A DNA stretch of 64,000 nucleotides, from positions 1,262,319 through 1,326,318 of the forward strand of contig NW_002060959.1 of the NCBI RefSeq assembly GCF_000150275.1. The letters run 5' to 3'. Below, piece by piece: positions 55,411 through 64,000 of this stretch; the stretch's first letter is position 1; each line of letters opens with the position of its first letter. Both the position numbers and the translations under genes were made by a program. The stretch comes from Trichoplax adhaerens (lineage: Eukaryota > Animalia > Placozoa). The notes under the pieces are model-generated. The model was not told the origin of the DNA. It made no database searches and saw only the letters and a program-made list of their open reading frames with translations.

Positions 55411-56029
55411 AGTCACAACCACGTTTTTGTGACGCAGGATCTCTACTTATCGTGTAAAACTTACTAAGTACGGCACAATCCCGACACTGAACAAGTGCTA
55501 CTGGAACTACGCTTCCTATTAGAACACTAACTTCTCGGGTGTGGGACTACACTTCTTTGACCGTCACTAGGTTACTCGATTACACAAGTAGTTAAGCGTA
55601 GGCTTTTGAACAGATAACTATCACTACAGTTTATTCTCTTCTATGGCTTTCTCCTCGTCCACATTACATCATAGTTAGCCTTTTTATACTTTCTAAGATA
55701 TTTACTATTTACATTAATCTCACGTAGGAGATCTCACAACCATAACCTCCTATCCAGTAATAATCTTACAACACGACTACAAATCGTGTCAGCATAAACA
55801 ACTCTCTAACACAAAGGTTGCACATCATCAAGATTTATATTTCCCTAGTCTATCCTCCTATTCGAATACATACAAAATAACTAAGGACAGTTGATCATCA
55901 AAACACCTTACTAACAAACATCATAACACATCAATTTCCATCAATAACAAACACCATAACACTTCAATTTCTATCAATAACAAACACCATAACACTTCTA
56001 ACTCATCACGGCAAAAAGGTACCGTGACA
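55411..56029 (-). mobile_element. Solo LTR, 619 bp, perfect 5-bp TSD (GCAGC)
   Basis: GCAGC|AGTCACAACC...TACCGTGACA|GCAGC. On the minus strand TATAAAAA (55681-55688) is followed by AATAAA (55630-55635). About 33-bp tandem repeats (55910-55996) lie in the U3-equivalent part. Confidence 0.8.
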
Positions 56030-57215
56030 GCAGCATACTCTTAGCTTACTGTAAGAATATATTCTCGCCTTTAGTTAATTTATGAACGCAAAAAGTATAA
56101 TGCTAAGTATGGTAGTCTATTCTTTATCATCATTATTCTTAATGCAGATATCTCTTTCAATATCGTATTTGAAATCGACTGCTGATGATTACAGAAAAGA
56201 ATAAGATGATTTAATCTTGGTTCACAGTAATTTAATAAAGTAAAAATTTAAATGTAGGCTTCGTTTTATGTAATCTCGTCACATAGTTGATTTGCAATCG
56301 TCACGACTAAGGTTGTGACTCAAGAAGAGAATACAAAATGGGGATATTGTGCCTTCGTTGATCCAGTAAGACTACCTAACAACTTAATATCAAGTAGAAT
56401 TACTCTTTACATATTAGTCTCTGTATTTATATTACCGGTACTATTCTACCTTTTATTCTACAGACAGCTTTATGATTAACGCGAAAAGTATTATATGCTG
56501 CTGCATTTTTGGCTTTCATAGCTCAATTTATACACAGTTTAACAGCAATATTAATATACTCATTTTTAATCGAGATATTTTTGTCGAAGCTTACCTTTGA
56601 ACAGTATTCTAGCTGTTTTTATGGCATTGATATTGAAGGATTGCAAGGATGTAGGCATAATTACTTTAGCATTGCCAAAATATTTAGATGGGCATTTCTC
56701 TGTTTATTTGTTTGCGTCGAGATTATTTAGTACAAGACAATTTTATTTCATGGAGATGATCATCCAAGGCATCTTCATTTTGTATAACATTTGCTCTTGT
56801 GCAATGAGAATAATGAAATTTAGTCGAAAGGGGTTACACCTGAATCTGCAACGCTAGCGCATGCCCTAAACTATAGCTTTAGCAGAATTAAGACTTATTT
56901 TAATGGTAAACAAGTTCTTTTACATTTTCTGGGAATAAAAGCGATTTAATTGCAGTCTATTGTTAGTAAATAATTTCATTAAGTTGGATATTATAATACT
57001 TATATATAAACTTTCAGCTATTGAATTGGATCAGTTTAGGCCAACGCGTTGGTTGTAAATGGATAAAGTAGACATTAAAGCCAAGAAATAAGCTTTTCAA
57101 TAACGCATCGTCATTAAAATTTCTGTTTCTGCGAGTTGATTTTATTCTGTTTATTCCTGGTGAGCAAGCTATAAATAATGAGGCAACTACATATAATTGC
57201 TACATAAATGTATAA

Positions 57216-57265
57216 NNNNNNNNNNNNNNNNNNNNNNNNNNNNNNNNNNNNNNNNNNNNNNNNNN
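57216..57265. other. Assembly gap (50 N)
   Basis: Run of N. Confidence 1.
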
Positions 57266-58436
57266 GAGCATAATTTTAATTATTTCGCCGATATGTTGAA
57301 TTGATTCAACATTGTCGGTCGCCAGGTTATGACTGATATTAGTGGATTAGGGTTTTAACAGTTGAGTTATTCTAAACGGTAAATTTTCTCGACTTGACCT
57401 TACTTTTGACGTAAATTGCAATCGCAATTTGATATTAATGCAAATTTTTTAGCAGGGTATGCTTCATGAAAGGCTGTCTCAATATTTTTAATTTAAATTC
57501 AGCGATTTTCAAATATATTACCAATTTTCCCCTCTTAAATATCAATCTAGAGCGGAATAATTTGACTAACTTAGTAATTCCTTGAGTAACAAGATAGTTG
57601 TAAACGCACTGGGTACATGTAATACATCGAATCTTTTTAAATTGGATTCCATTTACTGTAATTTTAAATTACAGTTTGCTTTTTCAATCTGATATGTGTA
57701 TATATATAATTCTTTGCATATTGACGAATATATTGGCAATGATAGATGCTTTTTAACCATACGGAAGGAAAAGGGTTAACGCTTTACCTGCCATAATATA
57801 CTACAAGGCGTTAGCATTAGCTAATTTATTATGAGCTAGGTTGCCCAAGGCATTAATGAATGTCATTAATATTGAGATTATTATTATATCTGTGACTGAC
57901 TAATACTGGTGCACAGCTTTAAAATGTACTTTTTTATCACGCTTTAGAAGGTAAGATTTCGCGTCTCAACTTTTAAAATGCGATGCCTTTATTTTCTTGG
58001 CATGTTATGATCGCGTTGCTAGATAAAGATCTTTTATTTCTTTGATACTTTAATTTAAATGATCTTTTCTCTAGTTATGAAGAATAATACTATAATTTAT
58101 CAGTTTCTTTATAACGCTGCTATTATTAATAACAGATAGATACTTTAGACATTTTTATGATGAAAGTATCGTTAAAGCTACAGTAAAAGATGCTATTTTT
58201 TATCATTTAAAAGAAATCTTGCCTAAATCAGAAGGGTTACTATTTCTATTTCCAATGACTGAATATTTCTGTTTGCATCAATATCATCAAAACATTAACG
58301 AAATAATATTCTGTTCCATTTCCATTCGATTTGTGTATATCTTTTAGTATCAAAATGCAATTTTACTTGGATCCAAGGATTGATTATGGTACCTCAGCGG
58401 ATTAATGAATTTTATGCCACATAGTAATAATAAGGC

Positions 58437-59158
58437 TGTCACAAACCAGCTTCGTGACAAGGATAACGTAAAACAAATCTCTGAATTACTATAGTCTCCG
58501 GGATTCAGTATCCCTACTCACAAGAATTTAGACGCCTTTGATTCTACGTTAAAACAACTATACAATTAAGAACTGCTTTATTCAACTATCTGACGGGCTT
58601 ATATACCCTTCTACAGCAGCTAACATTCACAAGTCATCTTATAAAAATACTTAGGTGAGATAACTAGTTTTTCACAGTCGGACTACAATATGTCCATTCA
58701 CAGAATCATTTCAGTGCACATTACAGCACAGCATTAAATTTACTGTAACACATTTATAATTAGAGTAATTCCTATAGTAAATAACTAGTTGTAATATAAT
58801 ATCACTATATTATATTAACCAAATTTAGATAGCTATTTCTTCACAGTACATAGATTGTCAGCGGGTGGTATGGGGAGGGGATTCTAAGGTACTGTAGGTT
58901 TACCCGCATCTAGTCAAATCCTGTTAAGAAAGTACTGTAGAATGGGTAGCATAGTTTATTTAAACTTTTTTATTTTAAAGCTTAATATCTGTAAAAGTAC
59001 AAAACCTACAGCTTTAAAGTTTTCAGATTATGATAGGTTATTTATTACTCTACATTTCGGTACATTTTTTTGGCAAATTACTGCTCGATTTGGCAATAGT
59101 AATTTTAAATTTGTGCGCGGGGATAATTTCGGGACACCCTGTAGTTCGTACCGTAACA
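58437..59158 (-). mobile_element. Solo LTR with near-perfect 5-bp TSD (AAGGC/ACGGC), interrupted by an insertion
   Basis: AAGGC|TGTCACAAACC...TACCGTAACA|ACGGC. Minus-strand TATATAA (58599-58605) then AATAAA (58577-58582). Homologous to 13281-13731. Confidence 0.75.
58849..59141. mobile_element. TA-flanked non-autonomous DNA-transposon-like insertion nested in the solo LTR
   Basis: The empty site in the 13.7 kb copy reads TTCTTCACGGTA GTTTGCACC. Here it reads TTCTTCACAGTA[293 bp ending GGGACACCCTG]TA GTTCGTACC, i.e. a duplicated TA. The right end reverse-complements to CAGGGTGTCCC; the left TIR is degenerate. Confidence 0.6.
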
Positions 59159-61587
59159 ACGGCTATAAGAAGATCCTATTAGGAAAAAGAGTAGTAGAAC
59201 TGTATATAGCAGTCGTCATGATCAATTAGTGTGGAAAATAATATAAACTAATAGATAGGAATAAATAAAAATATTCAAGCCGATAGCAACGATAGCATAG
59301 TAACGCTAAATTTAGCGGTTTTTATTGTAGATTAATGTAGAATGGGGCATAAACTAGTTAGAGGAAACAAATAAAGAGGAAATAAATAACGAAGATTTAC
59401 AATGATATTATGTAACAATGTACGACCAACTTTAAAACGATATGTAAATCGTTTATTGATGCAATCTCATACAAATTACTCTGGTATTTAGTTGAAAATG
59501 TGGTGTCCATGGACTTGTATTCAATCGGATATACGTATTACATTGTATAATAATCGTTTTAGTGATGATAATGCTGGTATTCTCGAAGCAAAATATCTTA
59601 TTGTATAATAAATTAAAGCGTACAGAGTTGGAAGAAAACTCAGTATATCAATCCTCAGTTCGAATTTTTAGGTCATTAAATAGAAATGAAACATGAAAAC
59701 ATAATTTTAGATTTAGATAGTTAAGAAATCAATAACCAGCCCAGATAGTCTTATATAGCCTTCGTTTTTGCTATAGTTAATTTCATTTTGTTCTTGAGTT
59801 GAATGTTGTCTACAAATTCTTTATCTAATTTAATTTAATTTGATTACTGCTTTGTCACAATGCCTACTCAGTTTCATGTGTAGATTAAATTTCAAGACGG
59901 TGACATAAAAAAAATATCCCGAATCAGACCAATCATCGATAATAAGATATTTTTTTTGGCGGGGTTTGACTAATTAAATTGTGTTTGGATGAAATCTTGA
60001 ACGTACTATTAGTGATGATCAAGATATTGTTTTGTACCATAGAATAAATAATACTGAAATTTGTTAACGGTAAGTATTAAATTACTTTTGGGATAAAAAG
60101 AATGTTTAATCCTTTGTATACGGACCTAATACTATTGTCTGAATTAAATGATACTAGATATCAAAATAGTTTAATTTTTCTTTAACTGAGAAAGGAATTA
60201 TGGTAGCTAAAGCTGTAATTAATATAACGCAACCAATTTCTTAGAATATCTTATGAAACATCAAAATTAACGAATTTATCGTTTATTGCTTATCACCGAT
60301 TTTACTGCTAGTTTATTTCTATCTTCCTTGATATCAACTTAAATCATAGAAAGACAAAATATGAGGGTTTAAAGGCGTCGAGATATGGGTCTTATAGCGA
60401 AATAAGAATCCCAAGAATAAATAGTAAGATGGTAATACCAGTATGATCAAGATAGGATTGGTAGTGCCAAGGGTGTTCTATTTAGGCGATAGGATAGTCA
60501 AATATTACTAGTAGATAAAATTGAGTCCTTAGTAATAGCACTAAGAGAGAAAACAAGATAGTTCGGCAAGCGGTATCCGTAGGTTTCAGTAATAAACTCT
60601 AAAAAGGATTGACCAGGAAGAATAGTTGTCAAATGTAAATGTCAACATATCTGAGAAGAAAGGCAAAAGAAAGCTGATTCCTTGTTGGGGAAGATTTAGT
60701 CTGAGATCTGACAGGGTACTCATTACGTTATCTAACTATTACTACTATAATTTTTAGCATTAATTATTAAGTAATAAAATCTTTTATCCGCTGTAGCCGA
60801 GGACAATTTATAGAAAGACAGTCTTCGAGTAGAATAGAAATAGATATTATTACATATGGCTATAGTTTTCAACACTCAAATGAGGATCTAGTTTTATCGG
60901 AACGATGCTGCTACTTTGAAAAGCCTGCTTACAATTTCGTAATGAGAAACACAAGGTCTTCCAATAATCATCATTCCTAAGGCTTGCAGCAAGCATTCAA
61001 ATACATAGTATTTAGTTTTGCTTTCAATTAATATTTTTTTTACAATGCGGAAGTACAATTTGAAAGATTGCTATTAGATTTATCTCAACTTTTAGTGACA
61101 GACTGACATAGAACATCTCTATCTGTTCAAATGCACTACTTTTAGTTTTAATAATTGCTCAATATTACTTTCATTGTTATTGTACCATGTTGTACATAAA
61201 ATAAGTAGCCACTACCAAGAAAAGAAAAGCGTTACGATAGGTATAGGCAAAATTAAGTTGATTTAAAGTTTTTCCACCGTATCTACAATGATCTATTGTA
61301 TTTTCTATTCATTCTTTACGGTTCTAATTAATTACGGTTAAATATTGCGTAAGATTAGAGCTAAAACAACTCTAAAATTCGTTATTTTAGTCTACATGGT
61401 CTACATACTATTGATTCAATGATATCTTAATACGTTTCTTTTCTATTATATCGGAGTTGTATGAAATAAATTGTGGCTTTAATGAAGCTCATGCTATCAT
61501 AGCGTAAATTATGTCAAAGCTCGGTTTATGCTTTGATTTTCATTTTTCATTAATACCCTATCAGAGGATACAAATACTTAGTGAGTC

Positions 61588-62175
61588 AGTCACAACCCTC
61601 ACTTGTGGCAAAGGAAAGTAAAGAACTCTAGTGTAGTTACTTAAAACTTGGGCTATTTCTCCCAGTACTTTCAGTTTCTATGAGAGAAGTATTTGAGAAC
61701 TCGATTTCTCGGCTGATCTCCACAGCCAACTGACTAATTATTACACTATTCTTCACGATATGAGTCTTGCCGTTTCTTGAGCAATTACTTACTTTATTCT
61801 ACAAACACACGCGCTTAAATAGATTTCTACAGTGAATTCCAATATTAACGAGTGAGAATTCATGCTTTACAAGTTACATTAATTAGTATAATACCATTAC
61901 TAAATATACATGTCGATATTCTCAGACTTAGATAGCTACAAGCTATCAGGTGTTAAGACGCTTAACCTTCGTCCATATACAGCTCAATTTTTAGAGATTA
62001 ACACACCTTATAAACCTACAGTAAATTAACTGCTAACAACTTCTATTTTTATCTCATTTCTACCATCCTATTATCAGCCACAAGCGCATTAAAACATAGC
62101 ACATAACCTTATCTTATCTATTCATAAGCATTCATTAATCAACAGTTACTTAATTAGTAACGGCGTACCGTGACA
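61588..62175 (-). mobile_element. Solo LTR, 588 bp, perfect 5-bp TSD (GAGTC)
   Basis: GAGTC|AGTCACAACC...TACCGTGACA|GAGTC, with the same terminal decamers as 55411-56029. Minus-strand TATTTAA (61815-61821) then AATAAA (61793-61798). Confidence 0.8.
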
Positions 62176-64000
62176 GAGTCCAATATTCGACCTTCATGCT
62201 TTGTTTATGAAGATATTTTATATTATAGCACAGGATATATATTCAGTCTATTCTTTCGATCTGTTCTATGTTTTCGATATATACGCATGTATGTTATATC
62301 AGTTTGGACGATACCGCATTCAATTTAAGTTCAATTCCTATTTACTAGAATATGGAATACATCAACACTGTCAGCGACTTCAAATCATAATACTTGCCAC
62401 TGTAATGGTAATCTTTCTACTTAGTTTGTGCATTCTCAAGTTAAGATCGTGCATTTAAATTTCTTTATCACAATCATGATAATCATGGTAGTGCGATGGC
62501 GTAATTAAGTGACTCAACGTTCATGAAATCTAATTGTTATTTCCAGTTGCTACGTAGATGAAAATAGTACCATCAACTGGGTATACTTACGACATATCAA
62601 ATGAATTACTGCATTCTTTGATAGAACCATTTCTTTATATACATAAACGAGACCAATTTCGCATCCGGTCCCGTTCATATACATTTTACATGCCCTAATG
62701 AGTTATAGCTTACTATAATAAGAGCAAAGAACTGTATTGAAATTTAATCTATCAATGAAACCGATTCTATTTCCCCTGTGTATTTCTAGTTTGTTAATAT
62801 CTCAGACGCTATAATTTTTATTAAAATTCAGATTTTATGATGTAATGTAAACATAATTAACATACTTGATCCTAATTTCGATGCTGTAAAATCTGCCTAT
62901 AGCCCCATTTCGTGTTTTAGCGGCTACCTTTGCGCGTCTACTTTATCTTGAGCGAGAGATATTGCGTATGAATTATAATCCCACAAAGTAACTTATTGTG
63001 ATTGTAGACTATCAGACATGTTTCGTATGATATACGGTAGTGTTGTTTCTATATTTATCTTACGATATATTTAGTAGCTCATAGTTATAGACTGTAATGT
63101 AGACTCTATGCTAGAGTACAGATGACTATATACAGTAAGATGTAGGGGTACTAATAAGATTAGAAGTGAAAAAAGAACTATAAATCATATATTAAGATAT
63201 TGTTAGTTCGTTGCACTTTAAGTGGTAGGAATAATGTCTATGCAAATACTGTAACTGTTTCAATATTGGATTAATGATGGCCCGCTATAAAATGGTGCTA
63301 CTAATAATTATTTGGTTACGAGTAAAATAAAGTAAAATATTGCTATACTGATTGTAGCAGTGAAGGCTGCATAGTATAAAAACAAGCGATATTAGATTAT
63401 CTAATTATTCTTTCTAGAAGTCGTTCAGTAGTTGTACTCGGCTATAGTAGAGCTATATGTGGCTAATTTTCGTATTAGAGCTAATAGAGTTTTAATTTAA
63501 ATTTTCGTGATCGAATTTTATCGCAAATCCAAATTATAGAAGTCTACCAAGGTGTTTACTTAATACAAATAAAACATTCTTGTACCAATAGTTTTAAAAA
63601 CTTACAATCTATATATTAGTAGCTTGAAAATTTTAATTATTGAAACAGTATTAATATTTAGATAACCTCAAATATAATTTCTTCTTATAGAAATGTTTTC
63701 GAAAATGATAATTACTTTACGATTATTTTTGTGTATATCGTTACGTTTTAATATTGGATTAATATGAATTTTATTATTTTCTTTATTGCTATTTATTTTT
63801 ATTGCTCAACCTGTTTACTTCAATTTGTTCTTATTGAATTGAACTTTAGCAGTTAATAACTTGACATATTTTTTTAGGTCTTTAATAACGGATAGTGCTT
63901 TTAGTAATTACATTTGTAATAAAGTTACAATGGCAGTGATAACAAAATCAACACGTTCAAGAAAAATACTTTATGATATCAATTTTTGAGGGTGACCTTC

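Noticed and set aside
58942-59229. 95-aa ORF
   Set aside because: It spans the nested insertion, the LTR end and flanking DNA, with no transposase features.
60400-60725. Purine-skewed segment with a faint resemblance to a LINE reverse transcriptase on the minus strand
   Set aside because: The similarity is vague, there are several stops, and no PQG or YADD motif is visible. A profile search would be needed.
32887-62458. Remaining 60-90 aa intergenic and intronic ORFs
   Set aside because: Composition is typical of random AT-rich frames, many have non-ATG starts, and none has domain or splice support.

Overview
AT-rich, intron-containing animal genomic DNA with three 50-N assembly gaps. Compact introns and gene content suggest an early-branching invertebrate such as a placozoan, but this is inference. 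No prokaryotic features, CRISPR arrays, rRNA or tRNA were seen. Five protein-coding genes were reconstructed by hand. (1) The 3' part of a CSPP1-like centrosomal coiled-coil gene (+, 515-3680). (2) TEX261/Svp26 (-, 5437-6642; first coding exon not located; one GC-AG intron). (3) An intronless CDS for a five-finger C2H2 protein with an eh1-like motif (+, 18853-19974). (4) A complete 12-exon PAAF1/Rpn14 WD40 gene (+, 29123-32727) that the ORF track misses. (5) A two-exon class A peptide-receptor-like GPCR (-, 40523-48269) lacking the TM6 proline. The intergenic DNA holds several solo-LTR-like elements; two have perfect 5-bp TSDs and non-canonical TG...CT ends, and one carries a nested TA-flanked insertion. 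It also holds MITE-like inverted repeats and two complex tandem arrays upstream of TEX261 and PAAF1. I found no complete novel multi-gene system. The best leads are the LTR family, the CWGCY GPCR and the eh1 zinc-finger protein.
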